Shown: positions 28,664 through 39,695, numbered from the whole stretch's first letter. The stretch: 62,337 bases of DNA, filler included, from Nitrospirae bacterium CG2_30_53_67 (GCA_001873285.1; 5 parts of 5 records of this genome joined end to end with filler, not necessarily neighbours in it), one strand, 5' to 3'. The notes: generated by a model from the sequence alone, not told the origin. Made by a program: numbers and translations.

Positions 28664-29668
28664 TTGGAGGAGGATAAGATTCTTATCGCCCACGGCAGCG
28701 GCGGCCGCGTGATGCACGGACTTATCGAGGATCTGATCGCACCGGCTTTCGATATAACAAGACTGGCGGATGCCGCCGTCCTTGAAGATTTCCCTTCCGG
28801 AAGGGCGGCCTTCACCACCGACAGCTATGTGGTCTCGCCGATCTTCTTCCCCGGCGGAGACATCGGGGAACTGGCCGTCTGCGGGACTGTGAACGATCTG
28901 GCCATGATGGGGGCCGCGCCCCTCTACCTGAGCGCCGGTTTCATTCTTGAAGAGGGGCTTCCCCTCCGTGACCTGAAGAGAATTGTCTTCTCCATGGCCG
29001 ATGCGGCGCGAAAGGCCGGCGTCCGGATCATGGCCGGAGACACCAAAGTCGTGGAGCGGGGGAAATGCGACGGGCTCTTCATCAATACGGCAGGTGTGGG
29101 TGCTCTCCCCGCAGGGCTCGACCTTTCTCCGGAACAGGTGCGAACCGGTGACCGGGTGATCGTCAGCGGGCCCATCGGCATGCACGGTATGGCCATCATG
29201 GCCGGGCGTCACGGCCTCAGTTTCGATCCTCCCATTCTGAGCGATACGGCCCCGCTGAACAGGCTGGTGGCTGATATGCTCTCCGCAACATCCGGGATAC
29301 GCGTCATGCGGGACCCCACACGAGGCGGCCTTGCGACAACTCTGAAGGAAATTGCCGAGGGAGCGCCCTGCCGGATTCTCCTCAAAGAAGAGGCGCTGCC
29401 CCTTGTTCCAGGCGTCCGGGGGGGCTGTGAACTGCTCGGTCTGGACCCCCTTTATGTTGCCAACGAAGGCATCCTGACCGCGATTGTGGAGGCCTCCGAG
29501 TCGGAAAGGTTAGTGGATTGCATGCGAAACCACCCCCTCGGTCAAAGCGCCGCCGTGATCGGAGTCGTAATGCCAGGGGAAGACGGGAAGGTTCTGCTCG
29601 AAACCCGGGCGGGCGGCACGCGCATGCTTGAAATGCTGATGGGCGATCAACTTCCCAGAATCTGCTGA
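28664..29668 (+). CDS. hypE: Carbamoyl dehydratase HypE
   Basis: HGSGG, FFPGGDIG, GDTKVV, RDPTRGG, C-terminal PRIC. Confidence 0.96.
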   Translation: MEEDKILIAHGSGGRVMHGLIEDLIAPAFDITRLADAAVLEDFPSGRAAFTTDSYVVSPIFFPGGDIGELAVCGTVNDLAMMGAAPLYLSAGFILEEGLPLRDLKRIVFSMADAARKAGVRIMAGDTKVVERGKCDGLFINTAGVGALPAGLDLSPEQVRTGDRVIVSGPIGMHGMAIMAGRHGLSFDPPILSDTAPLNRLVADMLSATSGIRVMRDPTRGGLATTLKEIAEGAPCRILLKEEALPLVPGVRGGCELLGLDPLYVANEGILTAIVEASESERLVDCMRNHPLGQSAAVIGVVMPGEDGKVLLETRAGGTRMLEMLMGDQLPRIC

Positions 29669-29719
29669 ACCAGGCGCTAAAATCCTGAAGAGGTCTCCGC
29701 TCCTTTCTAAAATATTCCC

Positions 29720-29904
29720 GGGTGTGCGACAAATTTATGGGTACACATCAGAATTACATAGGGTTGTCATTGTCCGGTCCCCCGATCGGGGTCGGAGGAC
29801 AGGCCCGACCGGACAATCCAGTTTCTTAATTGTCTGGATTCCCCGATCGAGTCGGGGAATGACGCTCTTAGAGAAATGTTTACCCACAAATTTGTCGCAG
29901 ACCC
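29720..29904. repeat. Family D REP-like double hairpin enclosed by an outer ~29-bp inverted repeat
   Basis: GGGTGTGCGACAAATTTATGGGTACACAT ... ATGTTTACCCACAAATTTGTCGCAGACCC. Confidence 0.8.
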
Positions 29905-29911
29905 CAATATC

Positions 29912-30014
29912 CACGGTAAATTTGTTCTACCCGATATAAGCGGAAAATAGAGGGTTTGCTATTTTCATCACACAAGCAAAATCAGACACTTGCGTGGAGA
30001 ACAAATTTACCGTG
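29912..30014. mobile_element. 103-bp MITE-like element
   Basis: Perfect 17-bp TIR CACGGTAAATTTGTTCT / AGAACAAATTTACCGTG. Confidence 0.65.
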
Positions 30015-30024
30015 CCCAAATATC

Positions 30025-30260
30025 CAGGGTCATGTCATAGTTCGGCATAGCCTGTTGATATCGTAGCGCAAATATATTTCACTGGCTTTTCTATTGGGAA
30101 TCGTGTATAAAGGTTTTATGGCAAACGATCCCCCGCACACACCGATTCACCACGCGCCGCAGGTTTATCCCACCACAGATACACTTCTTGTCCGCCCCAT
30201 CATAGCCACCGAGCGTGAAACGTGGGATACGCTCATGAACCGCCATCATTATCTTGGTTT
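30025..30260 (+). mobile_element. Left end of a probable IS with DUF4338-domain transposase N-terminus, cut by the gap
   Basis: ORF from ~30118 LVRPI...ERETWDTLMNRHHYLG (DUF4338-like); CAGGG terminus as in the ISAs1 family; contig break. Confidence 0.55.
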
Positions 30261-30360
30261 NNNNNNNNNNNNNNNNNNNNNNNNNNNNNNNNNNNNNNNN
30301 NNNNTTAATTAATTAANNNNNNNNNNNNNNNNNNNNNNNNNNNNNNNNNNNNNNNNNNNN
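30261..30360. other. Artificial contig linker
   Basis: N-run with TTAATTAATTAA. Confidence 0.98.
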
Positions 30361-31974
30361 GTTATCAACCGCCTTGACGATGAGTTCGCTCCCGTTCTTC
30401 TGCTCCTTGACCGCTATTTCCATCTGCTGTACCTGATGCAGGACGTTCTCCACGGCGCCGCCTATCTGGCGCCCGCCCTTGGCCTGTTCTGCCATAGCAT
30501 ATTTCACCTGTCTCGTCAGGTCGTTGATCTGCTCCGTAGCGGATTGAACGTTTTCACTGCCTGTCTTCTGGTTATTGATCGCCTGGTGGATCTGCTCGAT
30601 CATGGTGTTCATATGATCAACCGCACTGCGCACCGATGTAATACCCTTGGATTGTTCCACGGTGGTTCGTTCAATCTCCCGCGCCATCCCCTCGGCCACA
30701 GCAGTGTTGTCCCTGATCTTCTTTATTGACTGGCCGGCTTCCCGGGCGAGGTTCTTCCCCTGCTCGGCCTTCTCCTTACCTACCTGAATCGATTCCACGG
30801 CATCCTTGGCCTCTTTTTGAACCGCCTTGATAATGCTGGTAATCTCTTTGGTTGAAGACGCAGTCCTTTCGGCCAGGGCCTTGATCTCGTTGGCCACCAC
30901 GGCAAACCCCTTGCCGTTCTCTCCGGCCTGAGCAGCAAGAATCGAGGCATTGAGGGAAAGGAGTTCGGTCTGGTCAGCGACTTCATTAATCACGGTCAGG
31001 ATCCGCCCGATCTCCTCGGACCTCTGGTAAAGGCTCATCACAATCCCTGCCGACTTTTCCACTGCCTCCTGGATCTGGTCCATGCCGTCCATGGTATCCA
31101 CCACGGACATCATCCCCATCTCGGCGGCATCGGTGGCAACATTCCCTGCAATCTCCACGGATTCTTTGGCATGTGAAGCCACCTCATGGATGCTCGTGTC
31201 GATCTCCGCTATGGTGGAGACAAGATCCTCAGACGAGGCCGAGAGGCGCTCGACTCCTTCCGCAATCTGTTTGATGGATGCGGTCATTTCAAAGATCGAA
31301 GAGGAGGTTCTTTCCACGGATTCGGAAAGAAGACCGGTGCTGTTGGCCACCTGATCGATAGAGGCCGTCATCTCCAGAATGGAAGAGGAGGTCTCCTCGG
31401 CCGAACTCGCCAGACTCTCGACACTCTGGCCGATCCCCTGGATGGAACGGGTGAGTTCCTCCACGGAAGAACAGGCCGAGTCCAGCGAATCCGCTTCATT
31501 CTTGGCCCCGCGGGTGATCTTCCTGGAATTTGTGGAGATGCTTTCGGCCATGATTGAAAGGGTTTTCGTGGCGCTGACAATATTCTTTAATACCGTTTTC
31601 AGGTGGGTTGCAATGTTCTGAATGGCGCCGGAGAGTTCCTGGATATCGGTCAGCGAACTGGTCGTCTCCCATATATCCAGATTCCCATCGGCAACCTTCC
31701 GGGCCGCCATCAGCATATCCTTCAACGGACTCAGGATCTTTTTCTGAATCAGCCAGGATGCAAAGGGGATCATGATACAGAGGGAAAGGAACCCGAACAG
31801 GAAGACCCGCTCCACGACCTCGATCCCGATCATCTCTCCCTGATCTTTTGACAGCACGTGAAAGAGAGGTAGAGAAGCAAAGATCAAGGTCAAAAATGCG
31901 ATGGTTCCGAGGAGCAGCACGATGCGGCTGGTCAAACTTTTTGAAACAGCATGGTTTTGAAAAAAATTGGCCAA
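30361..31974 (-). CDS. Methyl-accepting chemotaxis protein, 3'-truncated
   Basis: Two close TMs, HAMP, QTELLSLNASILAAQAGENGKGFAVVANEIKALA; TTG start after AGGAGG. Confidence 0.9.
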
Positions 31975-32395
31975 CCCTGAGTCCTCCTTTTCATAAAAGG
32001 ATGGTGGATTTTTTTTCTGAAAACATCTTCTTATAATTACAATGATGACCATGGGAAGCGGTTCAATTTCCCATATAAATATTACATCACAGATGTTTAA
32101 CCTTGTAAACGTTTTTTTCTTGAATCCAGCCGGCTTATGCATTATTTTCTTAGGCTATGGAATGAGTTCCCGCATGGCCTCCTCTGACGGACAGCGGGAA
32201 CCCGGCGGGAGGCGGCAATAAAGACCTGATATAAACCGCATATTCCCGCATTAAACATAATAAATGATGCGTCATACGGGAGTAACCATCCTGTAGCGAA
32301 GGTTTTACAGAGTTATCCAGTTTTTTTGGGGGAAACGGATCAAGAATCACCGGGCCGGCTGCTATCCCACGGGTCCGGGCTCTAAAGAGGAGCGG

Positions 32396-33385
32396 ATGTC
32401 AACCATGGTTTTTTTTCTGGCTAAGCGGATCCTGATGATATTCCCGATGCTTCTGGGGATTACGGTGATCACATTTATCGTGATCCATCTCGCCCCGGGA
32501 AGCCCAACCGATTCGATCACTGAACTCAATCCGAGGGCCTCGGCACAAGCCAGGGAGAACCTCAAGCGGCTCTATGGCCTGGACAAACCCCTCCACATCC
32601 AGTATATGAATTGGGTCCGCCGCCTCGCCATGATGGATCTCGGCAGCTCTTTCACCGATGGGAGGAAGGTCCTCGACAAGATAAGAGAAAGACTACCCAT
32701 CACCATCCTGATCAACGCCCTTTCCCTGTTCCTGATCATCATGACGGCCGCCCCCATAGGGATCATCTCAGCCACACGGCAGTACTCCCTCTTCGACAAG
32801 GCCACAACCGTCCTTGTTTTTATCGGCTTCGCCATGCCCACCTTCTGGCTGGCCCTCCTTCTCATCATCCTTTTCGGGGTCCAGCTCGGCTGGCTGCCGA
32901 TCTCCGGCCTTCAGTCCATGCATGCAGAAGAACTCACATTCTGGCAGCTCTTCTGGGACCGGTCCAGGCACCTGGTCCTCCCGATCTTTGTGAGCAGTTT
33001 TAGCGGCCTCGCAGCCTATTCCCGATACATGCGATCCAGCATGCTTGAGGTGATCAGGCAGGACTATATCCGGACCGCGCGGGCCAAGGGACTTCCGGAA
33101 AGAAGCGTCATCTACAAACATGCCCTGCGAAACGCCATGATGTCCACGATCACCATTATCGGCCTGGCCATACCGGGCCTGATCGGCGGAAGCGCCATCT
33201 TTGAGCAGATCTTTGCCATACCCGGTATGGGGAAACTCTTTCTGGATGCCACATGGGCCAGAGACTATCCTGTGGTGATGGGGATCCTGGTCATCGGCGC
33301 CTTCCTGACCCTGGTGGGCAATTTCATTGCGGACATCGCCTATGCCATGGTGGATCCGAGAATCCGTGTGGAGGAGATCGGATGA
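32396..33385 (+). CDS. Peptide ABC transporter permease (OppB/AppB-like)
   Basis: [37 protein letters not shown]. Confidence 0.92.
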   Translation: MSTMVFFLAKRILMIFPMLLGITVITFIVIHLAPGSPTDSITELNPRASAQARENLKRLYGLDKPLHIQYMNWVRRLAMMDLGSSFTDGRKVLDKIRERLPITILINALSLFLIIMTAAPIGIISATRQYSLFDKATTVLVFIGFAMPTFWLALLLIILFGVQLGWLPISGLQSMHAEELTFWQLFWDRSRHLVLPIFVSSFSGLAAYSRYMRSSMLEVIRQDYIRTARAKGLPERSVIYKHALRNAMMSTITIIGLAIPGLIGGSAIFEQIFAIPGMGKLFLDATWARDYPVVMGILVIGAFLTLVGNFIADIAYAMVDPRIRVEEIG

Positions 33386-34236
33386 AAACAAACCGGCCGT
33401 ACGCCGGGATCTTCATGCGCCGCTTCAGAAAGAATAAGCTTGCCATGGCCGGTTCCATGATCATCCTGTTCCTTTTCTGTCTGGCCCTGTTCTCGCCTTA
33501 TATCAGCCGCTATGATCCGTCCAAGATCGATGTCGGGCAGATCCTGATCCCGCCCAATACCCGGCATTGGATGGGAACCGACGAGTCCGGACGGGATGTC
33601 ATGAGCCGGATGATCTACGGGGCGCGCATCTCCATGCTGGTCGGCTTCGTGGCCGTGGGGATCACCACCCTGATCGGGATCTTTTTCGGCGCCATTGCAG
33701 GATATTACGGAGGGAAGATTGATGCCGTCATCATGCGCTTCGTGGACATCATGCTCTGTTTCCCCACTTTTTTTCTCATCCTCGCCGTCATCGCCGTCCT
33801 GGAACCGAGCCTCCGAAATATCATGATCGTCATCGGCGTCACCAGCTGGATGGGCGTGGCCAGGCTGGTCCGGGCGGAATTCCTCTCTCTCAAGGAACAG
33901 GAGTTCGTCCAGGCCGCCCGAGCCTTCGGCGCCTCGGATTTCAGAATCATCTTCCGCCACCTCCTCCCCAACGCCATGGCCCCGGTGCTGATCTCCGCAA
34001 CGTTCGGGATCGCCGGCGCCATCCTGACGGAATCCGCCTTGAGTTTCTTCGGGCTCGGCGTCCAGCCGCCGACGCCGAGCTGGGGGAATATCCTGAGTTC
34101 CGGATACAAATATATTGATTTCGCCCACTGGCTCTCCATTTTTCCGGGGCTGGCCATCCTGATCACCGCTCTCGGCTACAACCTCCTGGGCGAAGGGCTC
34201 AGGGATGCCCTGGACCCCCGTCTGAAAGGGTCTTAG
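33382..34236 (+). CDS. Peptide ABC transporter permease (OppC/AppC-like)
   Basis: [40 protein letters not shown]. Confidence 0.92.
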   Translation: MKTNRPYAGIFMRRFRKNKLAMAGSMIILFLFCLALFSPYISRYDPSKIDVGQILIPPNTRHWMGTDESGRDVMSRMIYGARISMLVGFVAVGITTLIGIFFGAIAGYYGGKIDAVIMRFVDIMLCFPTFFLILAVIAVLEPSLRNIMIVIGVTSWMGVARLVRAEFLSLKEQEFVQAARAFGASDFRIIFRHLLPNAMAPVLISATFGIAGAILTESALSFFGLGVQPPTPSWGNILSSGYKYIDFAHWLSIFPGLAILITALGYNLLGEGLRDALDPRLKGS

Positions 34237-34396
34237 AATGACAAGTTGTTGATTTATGACGCTCTGTATAAAAAGGGGTTTACAAGGGCAACGTCACACG
34301 TTAAAGTAATGTGTTGATATATCTTCTGATACATCGGAGAGCCATAACTGAATTTTGCCGTTTCCGCGGTTCAACGTTTTTCCAGGGTTCCTGTCC

Positions 34397-35572
34397 ATGC
34401 CGAGGATCATTCAGAGATACATCCGAAACGAGGTCCTGTCCGCTTTTACCTTATCGATCTTTGTTTTTACCCTGGTCCTGTTCATGCAGAATACCCTGGG
34501 TCTCTCCGACATGATCATCACAAGGGGCGTGGGGTTAACGAACTTCCTCCTGATCGTGCTCTACACCCTCCCCTCCCTCTTGTGGCTCTCGATCCCCATG
34601 GCCTTCCTGATGGCCTCGCTCACAGGCATAGGGAGGCTCTCCATGGACAACGAGGTCATCGCCATGCATTCGCTCGGTATCGGGACCCTGAGTTTTCTCA
34701 GGCCGGTTCTGATCCTGGGGTGCATCCTTTTTGTCTTGAACTTCTCAATCGGGAGCGTCGGGGTCCCTTGGGGACGTTCATCCATGAACCGTCTTATCTA
34801 TCGGATCCTGCAGGAGAGCGCCACCTCAGGGATCAAGGCCAACACGTTCAATGACCGCTTCACGGACTTGGTGATCTATGCCGAGAGCATCAACCCAGTG
34901 GGAAACACCCTGCAGAAGGTGATTATTGCCGATTACCGGGGTGATTTCCCTGAGACGATCACCGCCCTCGGCGGAACCATCCGGACCGACCCCTTGACCC
35001 TGTCCAACACCCTTCACCTGACCCGAGGATCGGTACACCAATACGACTCCAAACAAAAACGGTACCGTCTGATCCAGTTTCAGGACTACACCGTCTCCCT
35101 GAGCACCGATGTCGAGACAGCAAGGCACCTCAGCCTCATGCAGGAAAAGGAGCCGGCTGAGATGACTCCCGGAGAACTCAGGAAGGCCGCTGCGACAGGG
35201 GATCCGTCTCAAACAAGGGTATTTCGGATCCACTACCAGGAAAAGTTCTCGATTCCCTTTTCGTGCATAGTCTTTGGAATCTTTTCTATCCCCATCGGCA
35301 TCCGCCTGAAAAAGTCCGGCGGATTCATCGGTTTGTCCTGGAGTCTCCTGATCGTTTTTCTGTATTACATCCTGATCGGGGCCGGACGAAAGCTCGGGTC
35401 CGAAGGGTTTATCCATCCGATCCTGGCTGCATGGATTCCCAATATGGTCTTCGGAACGTTAGGAGTCTATCTCCTCCTGAAAACTTCTCAAAAGATCCCG
35501 GCTGGACGAAGCGGGGAGGACAGCCGCATCTCCCGGATCAGGGAAAAGATAATGAAAGTTTTCGGCCACTAA
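34397..35572 (+). CDS. lptF: LPS export permease LptF/LptG family
   Basis: IIQRYI, RLSMDNEVIAMHSLG, 3+3 TM, AAWIPN. Confidence 0.8.
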   Translation: MPRIIQRYIRNEVLSAFTLSIFVFTLVLFMQNTLGLSDMIITRGVGLTNFLLIVLYTLPSLLWLSIPMAFLMASLTGIGRLSMDNEVIAMHSLGIGTLSFLRPVLILGCILFVLNFSIGSVGVPWGRSSMNRLIYRILQESATSGIKANTFNDRFTDLVIYAESINPVGNTLQKVIIADYRGDFPETITALGGTIRTDPLTLSNTLHLTRGSVHQYDSKQKRYRLIQFQDYTVSLSTDVETARHLSLMQEKEPAEMTPGELRKAAATGDPSQTRVFRIHYQEKFSIPFSCIVFGIFSIPIGIRLKKSGGFIGLSWSLLIVFLYYILIGAGRKLGSEGFIHPILAAWIPNMVFGTLGVYLLLKTSQKIPAGRSGEDSRISRIREKIMKVFGH

Positions 35573-35574
35573 AA

Positions 35575-35637
35575 AAATGGATAGAAAAAGGAACCAGTGC
35601 ACAGAGAAAAACAAGAACCTTTTTGCCACGAATGACA
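35575..35637 (+). repeat. Family E repeat (GCCACGAAT / CACAGAG type) at the contig end
   Basis: Reverse-complement match to 36340-36377 and direct similarity to 36200-36240. Confidence 0.65.
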
Positions 35638-35737
35638 NNNNNNNNNNNNNNNNNNNNNNNNNNNNNNNNNNNNNNNNNNNNTTAATTAATTAANNNNNNN
35701 NNNNNNNNNNNNNNNNNNNNNNNNNNNNNNNNNNNNN
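35638..35737. other. Artificial contig linker
   Basis: N-run with TTAATTAATTAA. Confidence 0.98.
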
Positions 35738-35788
35738 GGTTTTAAGAATCTGATCGGTATCGCCGTCAAAGAGAGCAAGGAGGGGTGA
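35738..35788 (+). CDS. 3' end of a probable AtpZ/AtpI-family gene
   Basis: GFKNLIGIAVKESKEG* directly upstream of atpI. Confidence 0.45.
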   Translation, partial: GFKNLIGIAVKESKEG

Positions 35789-35792
35789 TCCC

Positions 35793-36200
35793 TTGATGAA
35801 AGAAACGGCGGCAGAACGGGTGATCCCCAGGGGAACCACATGGCAAGGGCTCCTTTTTCTGGCCTTGCTGACCGGCCTCGGCTATGTTTTTTTCGGCAAA
35901 GGGGCGGCCTTGGGCATGGTGGTCGGCATGGCGGTCGGCCTCGCCAACTTCAAGGCTCTTGTTTTCATCATCATGCGTTTCTTCAGGCCGGCGCCGCTGC
36001 ACAAGATTTTCTACGGGCTGATGGGCGTGCTGAAATTTTTGATTTTGGTCTTGGTTTTTTTTGGTCTGATCTATTATAAACTTTTTAATGTCTATGGCAT
36101 CGTGGCCGGCTTTTCCGCCGCCCTGCTCATGGTCCTGGCTGAAGGGATGATCCTGGCAGGCCGATCCGCTGGCAATTCGGTTATGTCAAAGGTTTTGTGA
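35793..36200 (+). CDS. atpI: ATP synthase subunit I
   Basis: 4 TM, GLANF, KFL; position before atpB. Confidence 0.75.
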   Translation: MMKETAAERVIPRGTTWQGLLFLALLTGLGYVFFGKGAALGMVVGMAVGLANFKALVFIIMRFFRPAPLHKIFYGLMGVLKFLILVLVFFGLIYYKLFNVYGIVAGFSAALLMVLAEGMILAGRSAGNSVMSKVL

Positions 36201-36386
36201 AAAAAGGATGGAAGATAAAACCACTGGGTGCACAGAGAAGAGCCTTGGTCGCCACCAAGGCACAAAGGCATTAAAAGAAACTATTCAGCCACGAATGGGC
36301 ACAAATAAATAACTGCTGTTTCTTTGTGCAGATTCGTGTTCATTCGTGGCAAAAAGGTTTTTTGTTTTCTCTGTGTTCTGTGGTCA
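36200..36386. repeat. Family E repeat cluster between atpI and atpB
   Basis: GCCACCAAGGCACAAAG, GCCACGAATGGGCACAAA...TTTGTGCAGATTCGTGTTCATTCGTGGC. Confidence 0.65.
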
Positions 36387-36416
36387 GATTTCGGCAATTC
36401 ACAGAGGAGAAGCGAC

Positions 36417-37085
36417 ATGCATGAACCGCCGATGTTTTTAAGCTTCCTGGGATACGAGTATCTGGCCGTGGGGTACGCCGCGGTCACCGTTCTGCTCCTG
36501 ATCCTCATGGGAAAAATCGCAACCTCGAATCTGGCCCTTGTCCCCGCCGGTGTGCAGAACTTCTTTGAGGTGGTTCTTGAGACCATCATGAACTTCATGG
36601 CGGGAGTCATGGGGGAAAAGAACGCCAGACGGTTCTTCCCCATGATTGCGACCTTCAGCCTCTTCATCTTCACCTGCAACATGATGGGGATCTTCCCCGG
36701 CATGTATTCGGCCACTTCGAATCTGAACATCACCGTGGCCTGCGCCGTGATTGTCTTTATCTCGGTTCATTTCTTCGGCGTCAAGGAGCATGGTTTCAAG
36801 TATCTCCTGCATTTTATGGGGCCGGTGATCTGGCTTGCGCCCCTCATGCTTCCCATAGAGATCATCGGGCACCTGGCCAGACCGGTTTCCCACAGCCTGA
36901 GATTGTTCGGGAATATCATGGGAGAGGATACGCTTCTCATTATCCTGGCCGGGCTGGTCCCGCTTCTGGTCCCGCTTCCGATCATGGTTCTGATGATCTT
37001 TACCAGTTTTGTGCAGACCTTTGTCTTTGTGCTCCTGGCGATCCTTTATATTCAGGGGTCCGTGGAGCACGCAGAGGAACACTGA
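36417..37085 (+). CDS. atpB: F0 ATP synthase subunit a
   Basis: P.GVQNFFE, PIEIIGHLARPVSHSLRLFGNI, VQTFVF. Confidence 0.93.
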   Translation: MHEPPMFLSFLGYEYLAVGYAAVTVLLLILMGKIATSNLALVPAGVQNFFEVVLETIMNFMAGVMGEKNARRFFPMIATFSLFIFTCNMMGIFPGMYSATSNLNITVACAVIVFISVHFFGVKEHGFKYLLHFMGPVIWLAPLMLPIEIIGHLARPVSHSLRLFGNIMGEDTLLIILAGLVPLLVPLPIMVLMIFTSFVQTFVFVLLAILYIQGSVEHAEEH

Positions 37086-37360
37086 TGGATTTTACCCCAA
37101 GGCGCCCCATCCTTCCCCGGACTGGCTCCTCGAACCGGGGCGGGCAAAACGGGGTGTAACGGGGCTTGCTCCCGGGATGTTCCGGGATCTACTCTTGCGG
37201 TTCACGGCCGGATGACCGTGCCTTCCGCAGCCGCTTTCCGGGGACGGAAAAACGGGGCTCTCTTGGAGGTGGGGTGGGATAGGATACCTTCTGAGGGCGG
37301 CGGGACGGACCTTCGGATCATCGAGCCTGGACGGCAAATTGAGAAGGGAGGTAGAATACC

Positions 37361-37687
37361 ATGAAGAAGATCCTGTCAAGATTGTTTATTTTTGCAGCCG
37401 CACTTCTAAGCGCGGTTCCTGCATTTGCCATGGAAGAAGCGGCGGCAGGCGGCGGGGCTGAGAAGGGGACCATTGCCATGGCCACGGCCATCACCATTGC
37501 CGTGGCGGCCTTCGGCGGAGCGCTCGGTCAGGGGTTTGCCGTGAACGGCGCCATGCAGGGGATCGCAAGGAATCCCGGCGCATCCGGAAAGATCATGACC
37601 AACATGATCATCGGTCTTGCGATGATCGAGTCCCTGGTCATCTACGGTCTGGTCATTGCTTTCATGCTGCTCGGTAAGATGGGTTAA
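37361..37687 (+). CDS. atpE: F0 ATP synthase subunit c with N-terminal signal-like extension
   Basis: [20 protein letters not shown]. Confidence 0.95.
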   Translation: MKKILSRLFIFAAALLSAVPAFAMEEAAAGGGAEKGTIAMATAITIAVAAFGGALGQGFAVNGAMQGIARNPGASGKIMTNMIIGLAMIESLVIYGLVIAFMLLGKMG

Positions 37688-37707
37688 TTTTATCGCGGTG
37701 TCAGCCC

Positions 37708-37740
37708 GGCGGGACACGTGAGGTGTCCCGCCTTTCTTCT
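37708..37740 (+). terminator. Rho-independent terminator after atpE
   Basis: GGCGGGACAC-GTGAG-GTGTCCCGCC-TTTCTT. Confidence 0.8.
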
Positions 37741-37756
37741 GAAAAGGATTTACAGA

Positions 37757-38197
37757 ATGGCCAAGGTTCGAAAAATTCTTGTCGCCGTCGACTTCAGTGA
37801 AAACTCCAAGAACTGCCTCAAATATGCCTTCGAGTTTTTCAAAGGCTGCGGGATTGAGATGCATGTGGTCCATGTGGTGTACGAGCCTCTCCCTGCAGGG
37901 TCCTATATTCCTCATCCTTCGGTCAATCAGATGGAGAAATCTTCTGTGGAATATGCGACCGAAGAACTTACAAAATTCATGCCCAGAAGGATCATGAACA
38001 GCGGCGAGGAGATCCATCCGGTCGTGCTGGAAGGGGAGCCTTACTCCACATTGATCGAGTATGCCGAGAAGAACCAACTGGAACTCATCGTCATGGGCAG
38101 CCGGGGAGCGAGCGGACTGGAGAGGATGCTTCTGGGAAGCGTGACCGACAAGGTTATCCGCAAGTCGCCGATACCCGTGCTGGTGGTCAAGAACTGA
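37757..38197 (+). CDS. Universal stress protein
   Basis: KILVAVDFSENS, LIVMGSRG..GL..MLLGSV..KVIR.SPIPVLVV. Confidence 0.92.
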   Translation: MAKVRKILVAVDFSENSKNCLKYAFEFFKGCGIEMHVVHVVYEPLPAGSYIPHPSVNQMEKSSVEYATEELTKFMPRRIMNSGEEIHPVVLEGEPYSTLIEYAEKNQLELIVMGSRGASGLERMLLGSVTDKVIRKSPIPVLVVKN

Positions 38198-38258
38198 CGG
38201 AGTTCCGATCTCTTTTCACACCTTTCCGTTTTTCATGTAATATCATCGTTGAGCGAGG

Positions 38259-39695
38259 ATGGGTATGACGGGAAAGATTCGAGTCCGGTTTGCCCCGAGT
38301 CCCACAGGTTATCTGCACATCGGAGGGGTGAGGACCGCCCTGTTCAATTATCTTTTTGCCCGGAAGCACGGCGGCTCGTTTGTTCTCCGCATCGAGGATA
38401 CGGACGTGGAGCGGTCCACCGAGGCCTCCATCCAGGCGATTCTCGACGGCATGGGCTGGCTCGGCCTGGACTATGACGAGGGGCCGGTCCTCCAGAGCCG
38501 GCGGATGTCTCTGTACCAGGAACACGTGGAGAGACTGATCGCCGAAGGCATGGCCTACCCCTGCACCTGCTTACCCGAAGAGCTGGAGGAGCGCCGCAGG
38601 CAGGCATTGAAGGAGGGGAGGACGCCCAAGTACGACGGCCGATGCCGTGAAGGGACTGGGAACGTTCTCGGGAGGAAAGCGGTCATCCGCTTCAAGACGC
38701 CGCTTTCCGGAACCACCGAAGTGGCGGACATGATCCACGGGGTCATCACCTTCGAGAACAGCCAGCTCGACGATCTGATCATCCGCCGCTCGGACGGCAC
38801 ACCCACATACAATTTCTGCGTGGTCGTGGACGACGCCCTCATGGGAATGACCCATATCATCCGGGGTGATGATCACCTGAATAACACGCCGAGGCAGATC
38901 CTCATGTACCAGGCGCTGGGGTATGATGTCCCCAAGTTCGCCCACGTCCCCATGATCCTCGGCTCGGACAAGACCCGGCTCTCCAAACGCCACGGCGCCA
39001 CATCCATCATGGCCTACAAGGAAATGGGCTACCTTCCCGAAGCCATGATCAATTACCTGGCACGGCTGGGATGGGGTTCCGGCGACCAGGAGATTTTTTC
39101 CAGGGAGGAACTGATCGAGAAGTTCTCGCTTGATGGGATCGGCAAGTCGCCGGCGGTTTTCAATCCTGAAAAACTCCTCTGGCTCAACCACCATTATATC
39201 AAGACCGGAGACCCGGAACGCCTGGCCTCCATCCTCAATGGGATCCTCGTACAAAAGGGTATTCTCACTGAACCCTATCCCTCAGAGAAGATGGGCTATC
39301 TTGCCGAGGTGGTCAAGTGCCAGCAGGAGAAACGCAAGACCCTGGTCGAGATGGCCGAGCTTTCCACTTACTTCTTCGAACGCGAGATTGTTATGGATGA
39401 AAAGGCAGGGAAAAAATACCTGACTCCGGAAAACCTTCCTCTCCTGGAGGATCTCATGTCGAGATTTGCCGCCCTCGATGACTTTTCCGTGGAGAAGATT
39501 CAGGCGATCTTTGAGCAGGTCATGGCCGAAAAGGAGACCGGACTCGGTAAGATCGCACAACCTGTGCGCGTGGCCCTGACCGGAGGAACGGTCAGCCCCG
39601 GTATCTTTGAACTGGTCTCCATCCTCGGCAAGGAATCCGTTCTAAAACGGATGAAAAAGGCAGTGGAATATATCAGGAACCGGCCGACGATCTGA
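38259..39695 (+). CDS. gltX: Glutamate--tRNA ligase
   Basis: [34 protein letters not shown]. Confidence 0.97.
   Translation: MGMTGKIRVRFAPSPTGYLHIGGVRTALFNYLFARKHGGSFVLRIEDTDVERSTEASIQAILDGMGWLGLDYDEGPVLQSRRMSLYQEHVERLIAEGMAYPCTCLPEELEERRRQALKEGRTPKYDGRCREGTGNVLGRKAVIRFKTPLSGTTEVADMIHGVITFENSQLDDLIIRRSDGTPTYNFCVVVDDALMGMTHIIRGDDHLNNTPRQILMYQALGYDVPKFAHVPMILGSDKTRLSKRHGATSIMAYKEMGYLPEAMINYLARLGWGSGDQEIFSREELIEKFSLDGIGKSPAVFNPEKLLWLNHHYIKTGDPERLASILNGILVQKGILTEPYPSEKMGYLAEVVKCQQEKRKTLVEMAELSTYFFEREIVMDEKAGKKYLTPENLPLLEDLMSRFAALDDFSVEKIQAIFEQVMAEKETGLGKIAQPVRVALTGGTVSPGIFELVSILGKESVLKRMKKAVEYIRNRPTI

Noticed and set aside
30094..30260. Druantia defence system (DUF4338/DruA)
   Set aside because: Only a short N-terminal fragment is visible, with no other dru genes; an IS-associated DUF4338 domain is more likely
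4546..35737. Four TTAATTAATTAA motifs within N-runs
   Set aside because: Artificial scaffold linkers, not biological repeats; ORFs running into them are truncated, not pseudogenes
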